Shown here piece after piece: positions 11,491 to 24,880 of a DNA stretch of 64,000 nucleotides. Within the stretch, counting starts at the first letter, position 1; each line of letters opens with the position of its first letter. The position numbers were made by a program, and so were the translations under genes. Source of the stretch: Lama glama (Eukaryota); the NCBI GenBank assembly GCA_028534125.1, contig CM052816.1, positions 72,418,001 to 72,482,000 on the forward strand, written 5' to 3'. The notes under the pieces are model-generated. The model was given only the letters and a program-made list of their open reading frames with translations, made no database searches and had not been told where the DNA came from.

Positions 11491-14130
11491 TCTTATTACT
11501 AGTATTATATGCTACATGGTCTTGAGACAGTCTTTTCTCTCATGGCAGTTGTACTCAAAATTCTATAGTGAAGAGCTCTTTATATTGTCAGAAATTATGC
11601 ATGCTCTGTTTGATAGTAGTTGTATTTTTGATTGTTAATATTTGAAACTGAATAATTAAAAACTACCATATATTCTACAATATAAATATTTAAAGATATT
11701 TTCCAGGTCAAATCTCTATTCACTGAATAAAAATTAATAAATAATGTTTAATAATTTTATAGTTTTTGTGTGACAGAGACTACTCTTTACCTTTATTATT
11801 TATTAACTCTGCAAAAATTCGTTTCAGAGGATCAAATGTCTAAAATTGCATTCCAAGTAATGTGGGAGTTGGAATTCAAATTTATCTGATTGCAAAGCCT
11901 TTTAGCCTCATGTGCTCAAGTGTGTGTGTATATACCATACTTATTGGGTATACATAAAGTATACATAAAGTGTTTAGTTCATAAATTTTGGAGCTCCCTA
12001 CTCTATATTGACAGCATCTCTAGTAGGTCAAAAATTGAGTCTAAAGAGTTAGTGGCTTAAGCCTTAGTATTACCATTTTATTTTCAGGATGTGATGCTTA
12101 ACTCAAAATAATGGAAGATGTACATGCCTTCCCTGAAATGATGCTTACTATAAAAGTGTGCACTTTATGTATCAAAATGAATATTTTTAGCTTAGGCAGA
12201 TCTTTTTCAACAAGCTTCTAAGGTCCTTAATAAAAGACAACTGATTTCATTTTTACTAGTTTTGCCTTTAAAAAGAATGTTTTACAGGATCTATTGGAAA
12301 CCTAAGGGCCCAACCAAACAACTCTGAAGAAGAACCTGGGTCTATAACGGCAAACCAAGGAACTGAGATGAATAGACCATGACTTGCATTATTAAGTTAG
12401 AGTAATGTACTTTCCAAAATCTGGTTGTGTTTAATCTCAAGATTAACATATGTGGTGTGAGTTAGATAATGTGCTTGAGTTCCAAAGACATAGGAAAATC
12501 AATGTCATTACTTTAAAGTTACACCTCATTTCCCCAAGCAGCTACTCAGTAGTTGCAGTTGTTAATTACGTTACAGTTAGAAGAAAATGTGTCTTTGTGA
12601 AATGTATTTTCATTCCCTCAAATGTTTTTCTGTTTTCTTAATTTATTGGGGAGACTACTTACAGTAGCTATCCTTTGTGAACTCATGTGTAAATAATTAA
12701 TTCAAAAAAGCCCTATCAATATACCTGTATAAATTCAGAACCTGAGAATGGAATGAGATTAGGTGAACAATAGCATTGTTATTCAAGGGAGTAGAGCTCA
12801 TATCAGTTAGCATGGACATTATTATTTACATAAAATTTGAACCTCTGGACACTTAAATTTGAGCACAGTTTAACCATGAGGGATGCAAGCTGAAAAGATT
12901 ATCAAGTGAACAGATGATTATAAGTAGACACACAGAGAAATTAGCTTGTTAAATTATACATGGATACATGTCTGCTTAGTCACCAGTATCATATCAATAC
13001 CAATTCACTTCTTGATTGAAAATGTTACCAGTGTGTAAGGCCAAGACAATGAAACCATTAATGGACCAATTGATGCTAATGATATTGTAGACCTGAATTT
13101 TGTGTTTATAAATTACATCAAGCTCTAAATAATCAGAAAGTTGAACTAAATGCGACTTTAGCAGAAGACTGTAAGGAAGTGAAGCTAATAAAACTTTTTT
13201 TAAAACCTGAGCTAACTTGTCCAGAAAGATCTCAGGAATATCTTCTCATGGAACATATGTGTTAATAGGGAAAGAAGATGAAATACTGTAGGCCTACATA
13301 TATTGCTTGTGTGTTTAAAATACTTGTCACTCTAGTCTTTCTTTAGTTTCACAGGACCTGCGATGTGTAGTACTTTCAAAATATTTTATTTCCCTGGGTA
13401 CAGAAGTCATGTACTCAGGCCTTACTTTGAAAAGCACCTATATCTAATGCAAAACAGTCTATTAAAAATGTGTATAAGTAGCCAAAATCATGTTAAATGA
13501 ATAGCATGTTTCAAGCAGACTTCTTTGGAATGGGTAGTCAACCTGCAGAGCATGATTGTTTATAGCTTGAAGGTAAACATTGTGGCACTGTCCTTAAGAT
13601 GGTCAATGCTTAGGTATACTTGCCTCACCTTCTAACCACTGTCCATACTTCCTTCTCAAACCACATCAGAAAAAAATTTGCTTTATTGGAAATTATTCTT
13701 ATAGGAAATGACGTGACAGTTGTCTAATTTTCTAGAGACTGTTTTCTCCTTCCATATTGAACTGTCATCATAAAAAATTACCCTCTTTTGTTAGTTCTAT
13801 CTCTTTGTAGCTCACTTATTAAATAAAATCCTGTAATAATTTGCTGCTCCAGGATTTTCTTTTGGAAATTAACAGTCCTATAAGATAACTGTAGAAGAAA
13901 AAAAATCTTATTCCTTTAATATAACATGTATATTTTCACTGTTTAATTCTAAAGGAACTTATTGTTATAGTCAGAAATATTGCATAATAATGATATTGGT
14001 AACACTGTTTACAGAATTGAAGAAGTTCAGGAAAATTTTCAGTGTTTGAAGACAATATACTTACGTAAAAAAATAATGATCTTGGAGTAACAAATATTGA
14101 TGATCCAAGAATTTGACCATTTTCATATTT

Positions 14131-14352
14131 CAGTGGTCCTCAACAAGGGGTGATTTTGTCCTCCTTCCCTGGGAGATTTTTGGGAACATCTGGAGAAATT
14201 TTGGTTGTGAGATTTGAGGGAGTGCTGCTGGCATTTAGAGGCAGAGGGCAGGAATGCAGTTGAACATCTTATAATGTAAAGAACAGGCTCTTACCTGACC
14301 TAAAGAATTATCAAGCTCAAATTGTCAATAGTGTAAAAGCTGAGAAACCATG
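14131..14352 (+). mobile_element. MER20 (hAT-Charlie MITE), full length
   Basis: Starts CAGTGGTCCTCAACAAGGGGTGATTTTG and ends ...aattgtcaatagtgtaaaagctgagaaaccatg. About 220 bp, as expected for MER20. Confidence 0.9.
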
Positions 14353-15489
14353 CCATCTGATTTGTTTTTGGTATTGCAACAATATGGTCTGTAAGTTACA
14401 ATATTTAAAATGTTGTATTTCTGAGGTTCTGGAAAGAGATCCCTTCTCTAAAAATGACTGTTAGCTTCAGAGAAAATAATCCACAAATTAACTTTTGATA
14501 ATAGTTTTCTTGTTCATATGTGGTTAGTAATTATATGAAGGAAAGAGAGAAAAACCAGAATGTTGTATATAAATGTAAACACAAGGAGTGACAAAAACTA
14601 GTTTCTCATTTAATATACAAGGTAATAGAGATACATAGAGTTTATTTTACCTACTAGGAGTCACATATTTGGTGGCAGGGCTGGGCATCATAGTCTGTTA
14701 CCCTACAGACTAAACTGAGATTAACGATTTTATCCATAATTTATATTATAAATTAATTTAACAATATGTTCTATTGAAATAAATATGATACCAAATAATT
14801 AGTTAAGAAAGGGAAATAGAATTGGTTTAAAACTGCTTAAATTATTTCTAATGTGTATAGATGTTGATTTATATTAAAAGATGCATTTTGAATAAGACTT
14901 CAGTTCAAAAAAAAAAAACCCAGTAAATATTTGTTCCCTAAAAAGGATCTGTACCTGAAATGTTAAATATGGTAAGAGGTGAAATGCTGTTTCTATTTTA
15001 GAAAAAGCAATTATGGAAACTCATAGACATTCTCACTCTTTTGATACCAGCGTATAATTATTTTGAGTTTGATCATCTTTGGTGTGAAATGCAAAAGTCC
15101 TTGCTCTCCTGATGTTCTGCTTTTTCTCATTTTGTTAGTCATTAGCACCTGTCCTGGAGAGAGAGAAAGAGCAAGGAAAAGAGATGAAATTTTAGGCAGT
15201 CAATGTTTTTACTTGTTAATAATAAGAGAAAAGGAGAGAAAGGTAGAAATAAGATTTTATTATCCTCCATGTATCTGAGTGTGACTCACTGCAAAAGACG
15301 GAGAAAACAGGGAAAAATTCTTCACAAATCCTTTACTAAGGATAATATTCAATTGTTAAATATATTGGTCCATTATCTCTTTAGCTCATTGGTCATAAAT
15401 AAAAACATACATTTACTGTGTTTTACAAGTTAAAATTGACTTCTGTTTTTCATCATTTATTGTCACAATATCCCTGAAAGTTGATCAAA

Positions 15490-15610
15490 CAGGTGTTAAT
15501 ACCTCTTTTTGTACATATGAAGAAACTGAAGTTCAAAGAGGTTATTTTTTTCAAGTTTACATGCCTAGAAAATCATCAAACTGAGAATGAGACTAGATCT
15601 TATGACTCCT
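15490..15610 (-). mobile_element. MIR fragment
   Basis: tacatatgaagaaactgaagttcaaagaggtta...agatcttatgactcc. Confidence 0.65.
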
Positions 15611-17586
15611 CAACTAAGCTGGGACTCTTTAATGTTCCAGTTAATCTATTTATTTAAAACAGGGTTTTAGGTGAGAAAGGACTTAATTTATTTCTGGGTT
15701 TTATGGAGCAAATTTTTGTAAAGAATTATTCTTGTAACTGCAATAAAGGTATTCATATGTGCCTAACTTAATGAATCCTTAGAGATCAAAAGGATATTTT
15801 TTGAAAATTCAGAACTTTTTGTTTTGGCTTGTTGGTATGTGTTTAATGTTTCATTTTTCAAGTAGTCTGTGGTGAAGATTGCATATGGGACCCTCCATGG
15901 ATAATTCAGCCACTTGCATTCAAACATTTCTTCAAATTGTGAGTTCTTGGAGAACAGAGTGTCTAAACAATATTGTATTTGCTGAAGCATTTAGCAAAAT
16001 GTGTGGCATACAATAGACTTGCAGTATATGTAAGAAGCAAATAAATTAAAGAATAAATGAGTATATTGCTTTGGAATCTTGACAAAGTAAAAATAATTAT
16101 ATACTGTGGGTAGCTTATAGGAGGACTGAAGTTCTGAGTGAGGAGGAATCGTTGTCTTGAGCTATCTTTAGGACTTGTTTGATTATTGTCCTGGGAATGA
16201 ATATAAATGTGAATATATTGCAAGTGAATGTAAGCTGTGTTTTAAAATGAGAGTCTGATACTCCTCTTTACAACAGTGCTCAAAGTCAAAATGCAGTTGA
16301 GATCTAGATAAGCAGGTCAATAAAACGTTGAAAAAATGTAATCAATCTGATTTGGAGCAATCACTTTTTCTTGTGCTGTATTTCTCCATAAAAATCTAGG
16401 TAAATTCAGAGAAGCAAAATGGGCTCCCCAAACTCACTTTTTATTAAAAGTTGGACTCAATTCATGAAAATACATGAATGAATTCATGGCATATATTCAT
16501 GGCAACTAAGAATATTAGTATAAGTCACCTTGAGGCTAAGAGGAACTTGAGTTGTTTCTCAAACTTTAAGGATAGCAGCTGGAGGTTGAGTAACCTCAGA
16601 TAATGACCCTCGGATGAAGGGTTTTTTGGTTAGTGTTTCAGGGAACAGAGCTGGACAGCAGAGGAAGATTAGTCTTGGTCTTGAGGGCAAACCCCAACTA
16701 AAATCCAGTCTTAGCAAAATAAGAGAGATAACAGGGCCAACAGCTCATTTTCTCCAAGCGAGCGTTCTTCATCAGGAGAAAATGGGCTTGTTTTTCATAG
16801 GAATGTTTGAAAAGCAACCTTTTTTCTCTATAATAATTTTTTGCAAAGAATAGTAATTCTAAAAAAGGTCAATGTTCTAATTAGTGCAAATAATAAGTCT
16901 TACTCACTAAACCATTAAAATGCAATAACCAACAAATAAGCTGAAAGTTCTGGTTTTTGTTATTATTATCATACACGTGTTCTGATTTTTGACTAAATAG
17001 CTATGCTAGCTCTTCTCTAAGTCACAAAGGCACTTTCCTCCCCTTCTTTCTACTTGGAGTACAAATCTGTCTTTTAGGTCTGTGAATTCTGTCAGGGTCT
17101 TATTCATCTTTGTATTTCTCACCCTGCTTCACAAAGCCTCAACAGAAGAGATATCCAATATATGTATATTGAGTAAAGGAGTGACTGAAAAGATCAGTGC
17201 ACAAGACAGGCCTAGGCCTAGGGAAATGGTTAAAGAGTGTTTAAGATCATGTTTGAATATGATTTTTGCACTTTCAGGGATCAAATAGATTCCCAGAAAA
17301 TTTGAATTTGAAGAGATTGTGGAAATTATTTGGTCAAATCTTGGAGTTGTAAAGCTGTAAAGAATGAATCTCAGAGCGTTTGATCTAATTTAAGAGTACA
17401 GGTTATTGGGAAAAATATTCCAACACTGGTCTCTTTTTCCCCAATGTATTACTCTTTTCATTTAATCAAATCTCACTGAAATATTTACATTATTATTTTA
17501 GCTCTAGTGTCCCATTTATCTTCATGTTGAAGCGAGCAGAGAACATTGAAAGTTCATGTACGTAATGAGATGTAACAAGGTAAAGC

Positions 17587-17750
17587 AGCTATTCTCAAAC
17601 TAAAGGTGCATTAAAATCACCAGAGAGCTTGTTAAAACACAGTCTAATGTAACCCATTTTCAGAGAGTCTGGGATGGAGCCCACAAATCTGCAGTTCTAT
17701 CAACATTCTCAGATCTTGCAGATGGACCCAAGAGCAATGCTTTGAGGAAA
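17587..17750. mobile_element. MER5-family hAT-Charlie MITE
   Basis: ttctcaaactaaaggtgcattaaaatcaccagagagcttgttaaaacacag...tctgggatggagcccacaaatctgcagttcta...ctttgagga. Confidence 0.8.
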
Positions 17751-18145
17751 AAGCATAGAGTATTGTTTTGTGTTGGTGATGAGGGAGGGGAGATATATCA
17801 CCTTCTAGGTGGAAAAAGAACTGTTTGTATGACATTTCTTATTTCTCACTTTTTAACCCTTTAAGGCCTGCGGGAGGTGGAGTGACTTATCTCTTGGATC
17901 AGTATGGGGAGGTCGGTTCAGCAGGCCTCTTACTCTTAGTGCTGCTGGATCCCAGAGTATGAGGTCATTCTGTGCTCCTGTAGGAGCTCTGTCTTCCTTG
18001 GGGTCAATTCCCTTCTGACATGACTGAGTGGAAAAGTCAGCTTCATTCACATATTAAATCATATTGGCCAATATGAGTAGAACATATCCTATTGCTTCAC
18101 CTCTTAGGAATAAGGATGATGCTTTGATCTCTATATTAACTTGCC

Positions 18146-18627
18146 TTTATTTTATTTTATTTTATTTTGAAATATAGTCAGTTTACAGTGTTGTGTCAAC
18201 TTCTTGTGTGCAGCATAATGTTTCAGTCATACATGTACATACATATATTCATTTTCACATTCTTTTTCATTATAAGTTACTACCAGATATTGAATAAAGT
18301 TCCCTGTGCTATACAGTAGAAACTTGTTTATCTATTTCATATATAGTAGTTAGTATCTGCAAATCTTGAAGTCCTGATTTATCCCTTCCCACCCCTTTTC
18401 CCCCGGTAACCGTAAGTTTATTTTCTGTGTCTGTGAGTCTGTTCTGTTTTCTAGATAAGTTCATTTGTGTCTTTTTTTTTTTTTTAAGATTCCACATATA
18501 AGTGATAACATACTTATATGATAACATTTCTCATTCTGGCTTACTTCACTTAGAATAGCGATCTCCAGGTCCAGCCATGTTGCTATAAATGACATTATTT
18601 TATTCTTTTTTTTATTGGCTGAGTAGT

Positions 18628-18630
<3 letters not shown>
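18146..18630 (-). mobile_element. Young 5'-truncated L1 3' end
   Basis: (TTTTA)n tail, then a 3' UTR closely similar to the copy at 63328-64000 (gatttgcagatactaactactatat), plus a remnant of the ORF2 C-terminus. Confidence 0.9.

Positions 18631-18675
<45 letters not shown>
18631..18675. repeat. (TA)22 microsatellite
   Basis: Perfect 45-nt TA run. Confidence 0.97.
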
Positions 18676-18678
<3 letters not shown>

Positions 18679-19499
18679 TTTGTTTTATTTCTTAATAAAA
18701 CAGAATTAAGAAGGGAAAAGGAGTTCACTTGGATGCCTCCTCAGGTATGCTCTACTCATTGATAGGGTAGAAGAATTTATTATAAATTGCTCAAATATTT
18801 CAAGCTATTACATTCATTTATATATTCTCTAAAATCTTTCAATTGATGAGTAGCATAACAGCTGTTTCTAGATATTTAAGCATCTCCCCCAAATCCTAGA
18901 CTTTCAATTTTTAGTTTTGTGGATGTCTTATATATAAATATATAGTATTTTAATTATATAAATTATAAATATATTGCTTGTATTTATTTTATATTGATTA
19001 TATAATACATTAATTTTTCTATTCTAATCTGTTATTTTATCTGAGATCATATTGTCTGAAAGTACTTGAGCTCGCTTTCCAAAATAAGTCATTGTGATCT
19101 ATAGCTCAACTTTTACTTGCTAGGTTAAAAAAAAAGGTTATGGATGCATCATATTATTTGGCATAAAGGAAACCTGGAATATAGTACATTTTTCCTATAT
19201 CCTATAATGCAAACAATCTGCAAGGATTTACAGGAAGAAGCTTTTTTTCAAATTTACATTTTTTTCATTAATGTTTAAAAATGAATGAAGTGAAAGTGTG
19301 AGTGGATTTTTATGGTAAAAAGAAAGTACTCCAAAAAGAAAGTGTTACTCTTTCTGAATCCATGTTCCTTTCCAGAGGCAGGAACTGTTATAACTTTGGT
19401 AAGACTCTTTCTAAATTTTTTATTCATTTAAATTTATAATTTTATTGGTGTTTTTAATTAAATGATGATGCAAATATTATTTTATTACTGGATTTTTAA

Positions 19500-20540
19500 A
19501 TGTTTTATTTAATACATAAGTATATAATGCAAAATAATACATTTAAATGGTAAATTATGAAGCATAATAATAAAACAAAATTCACATCTGAAGAATTAGA
19601 AGATTATTAATACCACTGAAGCTACTTCTATATACTGCTCTCATTTTCCTGCTGGGTTTGCCCCAGTTAACTGCTATTCTGAATTCTGTGTTCCTTTTTT
19701 TCCTACTGAGTTTGAAAATTATTTTACCACATGTTTGCATGTTATTAAACAATACACTGTTTACATTAGACCTGAACTTTGTAAAAGTGGTGTCATAGCA
19801 GAAGACTTATGCAAAGTCATTCTTTATACTCAACATTCTATTTCTTTCATTTGCTCATATTGTTACACGTAACTATGTTTCATTTATTTTTCCTATCAAT
19901 CTATTGAGAGTTATGCAATGTATTTATGAAGTCTCCAGTTGAACAATACGTAGGTTGTGAAGTTTTGATTTATAATGAACTCTGCCACCATGAATATTCA
20001 TGTATGTTTCTGGTTCACATGTGAATGAGTGTATTTAGGATACATAATTAGGAATGCAATTTGTGAACTGTGGGGCATCTACATCTCCAGATTTACAGAA
20101 TAATTCTGAATTGTTTCCTGAAGCAGGTATACCAGTTTACAGTTCTATGAATGTGGGATAAAACTTCCCAGTGCTCCACATGCTTGTCAACATTAGATCT
20201 TCAACAACTTGTCTTTTGCAAATGATGTTTCTGGGCTCACTATTCTATTATTTTCTCTTCTGCAATCCTTAGCCATCTCTCTTAGTTGCTGTAGCTTTAC
20301 AGTAAGTCTTGATATATGGTATGGCAATTTCACCTACCTTGTTTTTTTTCCAAGGCATCTTGATTATAGTTGCATTTTTTCTCTTTTACAAACAATTAAG
20401 AATCAGCTTATAAAGTTCCCCAAATATTCATTTTGGATTTCTTTTTTGGTAATTATTTTGAATCTAAAATTCAACTAAGGGAGAATTGATACCTTTTAAT
20501 ACTTTAACTTTCCATCTATTGACATGATATATCTGTTCAT
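19500..20540 (-). mobile_element. Old L1 (L1ME-like) 3' region
   Basis: ctgctattctgaattctgtg; ttatactcaacatt; taccagtttaca; tgtagctttacagtaagtcttgatat; ggagaattgatacc. Confidence 0.75.
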
Positions 20541-23500
20541 ACAAGGTAATGTTTTCTCTGATTTCTTTTCCCCAAACTAGATTTTAAGAAGCCATGTATC
20601 AAAATCTGCATACAGGCAAAGACCATTCTTTTACTGCTTCACTTCCCCAAATTCTTTTTATACTTTTGCTATGAATGATGGACCCAGCTGTCATTATCAC
20701 AAACATGATGATCAACTAATATTTGAATGGGTATTCATTGCCATATTATCCATGGAACAGAAAATAGTTTGTCCTTGAAAAGAAGTTATTAATCACAGCA
20801 GTAATGGAGAGGAGGTAGTCAGGTAGGAAAAGAAAGAACAGATCTAAGGCCTCAGAAGGAATCACGGTGTTCTGCTTGTCCTCAGATGGCCCAGAGAAAT
20901 AAGATCGAGAGAGCAAAGTATCTGAAGTAATGACAAATCTAGTTTAAGACAGAGCAACTTAGTTGTGAAAAGGTGGAAACTTGCTCTTTTGGAACTGAGT
21001 AGAATTATTTATTGTTACTTTGAATGTGAAAAATGAGAATTTGGAGACAGCAGAATTATACAGGTGATTAGACTATATCAACTTTAAGACCCTGGTACAC
21101 ATTCTTAGATCCTTGGCTACCTGTCAGGGTATGCTTGTCCAACAAGTACAGATATTAGCTTCCAGATGAACAGGTGGATATTATGTTGGTGACTATCAAT
21201 GTGATTTCTTCTTACTTTTCACTTTCACAGCACTGGTTGTGTCTTACCAACTTTATACATTTTATATAACTTTGAAATTTTATATTCACTTAAGAACATA
21301 AAAAAGTAAGATATACCTGCTTAATTATTGCAGTGATTTCTTTTCAGTTTTTAAAGATTCAGAAGCTGAAACCTTTCCATTTATCTCTTTATCAAATCTC
21401 AGACAAGGATTATTGAACATTCTGCTCCCAATGAGTACCATTCAGGCCGTTCAAAAAGACCATTTCTACATTACCTGTCCTGAACCCTGAATATCATGAT
21501 TTCCTTCTCAAGACTTTTATTTTTATGTGCATAAAATGTGACTGCAAAAAAAAAAGAAAAAGGCAAAAACCCCCAACAACAATACGACGTCTTATATTGA
21601 TCATTTGGCTAACCTGTGTTTTACTGATGACATCAGTGTGACATTTTACTACCTAGTTCTCTCTTTGTTTCATCACCTAAAGTTTGACTTGATGGTTTAG
21701 TTTAAGGTCAGTCACATCATGCCAAAATTTCTATTATTAAAGTTCTAGAAAGCATAAATAGTCCATTATCTTTGATTTGAAATAGGAGTGTCACAGCAGA
21801 GAAAATAGTCTATTTTGGCTTCAGGAACATAATACAAAAAAAAAAAAGCACTAAAATATTGTTTCAAAGATAGGTGACATATCTATGATATAAAGCAAAC
21901 CTTTTCTCCAGTGTGTTTTCCAGTGGCATTAATGAATAGCAATGCCTATTACCTAGCAATGCTTAGTAACAATAGTAACTATGCTGGAAGTAGCGTAAGT
22001 TTGCTTTTGCCCATATTATTTCCCCTTGGTGAAACTCAGCCAAGAAAGATATTCTTCTTTGTAACTAGTGACAAAAGGGTAAAATGTTAAGCAAGAAAAA
22101 CAAAAGCCACCCAGTATGCACTAATAGCTGTCTTCTTTCCCTAAACATGCAGTTATAAATAAACGTTTGAGATCATACAGCCTTCTGAGCATCATTTTTA
22201 AAAGAATTAACCAATTCAGCAAAAATTCATCAGAGATATACCTTTAAAATAAGATAGTGATAGTTGTTTTGAGCAAATTGAAGAAGAATTGATTTCTTGA
22301 TCTTTGTTTTATATATTGACAAATAGATGATCCAACATAGTTTGAGCAGAAGGGGACTGGACCTAATATTTGTTAAATATTGAATATATGTCAGGAATTA
22401 TGCTAGATAGTATTAAAACAGAGAAAGAAATATAATATTGTGTTAACGTGAAAAAATATGATCACTCTTACAATTTGGAGAAGAAGCCCGAGGGACTGTA
22501 GAGTCTGAGAGGGAGGAAGCGTAATGAGAGGGGCATTGAAAGAGAGGCAGACAAGTGACTGTGGGGAGAAGAAAGTCTGGGGGAAAGAGTACAGATATGC
22601 ACAAGGCAAGGATAAAGGTTCATCATGTTGTCTCCGAGAGACACAGAAACATCAGTTAAGCTGGAGCATGGAGTCATGTAGGAGAGCAGTTGGAGATAGA
22701 GTAGAAAGATGTTTAGGGACAGGATCCAGGAAAAAAATCCTGTTATTCAGGCTCTGAAATTTGAGTGTAAGTCAGTCCGCCAAAAGAGAGGAATGATTGT
22801 GTGTTTACCTGTTTTTTCTATTGAAAGTTTCTGGTCTACACGAAGGAAAACTCATCAGTAACATTGCTACTGGCCCTCTGGTGTTCCTTTCCGGCTTACT
22901 GGCTCTTCGGAAATCCCCCCAAGGATACTTTTTAGCCCTGCAGCACCTTGCTAAGCTCATTCCTGGCTTTTGGGAAACCTCTTTGATTGACTAGATTGAC
23001 CTAGCTAACATTCTTTCTAAAGAAGATATTCCTTAATTTTTATCCTTTTCTGCCTGGTTAGAATACTCACAGATTATGCATCTGGAGACCATCAATACAC
23101 CTGTAAAAAAAAACATTTGCTAGAGAAAAGAGGAGTGGAGAGAAAGTTTTAGGATATTATCTAGATACAAAGCTTTCTCTATACTTAGAATTATTTTCTT
23201 ATCGTTGTATTTCCTTAACAGTAGTTTTACAAATTAAATTCATTTACTTGTCTTAGTTCATTGTTAGATCATATCGTACACACTTTGCTTCAGTTTCTTT
23301 AGGGTAATTCCGATTTTATTAGCTTGCTATTACCTCGTGAGGATTTAAATTAGTAGGGATTTGATGCAAGTGTATTGAAGTCATTAATTGAAATGTTTCT
23401 CATCTTATCTCTTATTCAATGATTATGACCTATCCTGGAGTATCCCCTCTGTCAGCTATGACAAATATTATTTATAAATGTAAAAGCTTAATAAGAAGGC

Positions 23501-24369
23501 CTTATAGGAAATTACTAGTACACCAAATTATAATTTTTCAGGGGATTTTATTAATTGCAGCTTTTTCAGTCACAGATTCTCATTCACATAAACATAGACA
23601 TGAACATGGCCATGAAGTTACATTCTAGTTGTTATTTTGGACCATAGCAACTCTCCTGAGTTATAGCCAAATGACTATGTTGCAAGAAATAAGTGAGCAA
23701 AAAGTTATGGAAGGAGAAAGGCAGGAGAGAAGAGAGGAGGGATTAATAGAATGTTAACCAGGGAAAACAACAGCAAGGAGCAGAAGAGACAGAGGTGGAG
23801 GAGAGTAATAAAGGCAGCGAAGTTGTGTGGATGTGGGTGGAGAGGATGGGCATGGCAAGTCTGGATATAAGTAAATCATAGATTCTGAAATAATTGCTTT
23901 CTTTTGCATCGTGCTCTCCTTGTGGGACATGCCGATATTCATGCTTTGTTTCTTCCTGCATTTTTCTAAATTTTGTTGCTAGAGTCACTTACTGTCCACC
24001 TATGTAGCATGAACCTAATTTGTATTCTAAGACTCTTATTCTGGCTTTATGAAAACGCCTCAGTTGATTACTTTTTAAAAATAATGGCTGGAAATTTGAG
24101 TATCAGTCTGCTGTTTGGTTTTTAACAGGACAGTGTAAAGACATCTTACACATGATTGGCATATTTGATACTTATGGTTTGAAGATAATCTGCAGTCAGA
24201 TCTCGCTTCCAAATTAAAAAAAAAACTTACAGGCTATAAAAACTAAATTATTGTTTTATGATGTATGTTTTAATAGATTTTTGTGGTTTGATATGAAAGA
24301 CTATAGAATTATAGGGCAGCCACTAGAATCATGGATTCATATAAGTGACCTAATTTATTGATAGATACA

Positions 24370-24540
24370 CCAGTGTATTGTTTAACAACTCAAATTCTGG
24401 AATCAAATTACTTGTGTACAAATCTGACATTTAATACTTTCTAGCCATTCTTCATGAATAATTTAACCTCTCTGATCTTCACTTTTCTCATGTGTTGAAA
24501 AGGAATAATAATAGTGCCTACTCAAAGAGTTGAGATATTG
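24370..24540 (+). mobile_element. MIR
   Basis: ttctggaatcaaattac...atttaacctctctgatcttcacttttctcatgtg...gaataataatagtgcctactca. Confidence 0.75.
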
Positions 24541-24779
24541 GATACATGAGACTTAAGGTGAATTGAAGCTTGTTTTATCTTGGCAAATTTATGTATGTGG
24601 TTCTTTCTGCCTGTCCACTGTTCCCTCCAGCTCTTTTCATGGCTCTATCCCTTATTTCATTCAGGTCCCTTATCACTGATGACTCATTTTGAAAAAGTAT
24701 CCATCCCCTTCCCTTGTACTCTCTTCTTTTTCCTATTTATTTTCCTTCTGTACCCGAATTATAATAACTTATATTTGTC

Positions 24780-24880
24780 TGCCTCTTCCATTGCAGAGAA
24801 ATTTGTCTAACTTTTTTATCACTATTTCTTTGGCACATAGAAGGTATTCCAACAAATATTATTAAATGACTAAATAAATT
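24780..24880 (+). mobile_element. L2 3' end fragment
   Basis: tggcacatagaaggtattccaacaaatattattaaatgactaaataaa resembles the L2 terminus. Confidence 0.6.
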
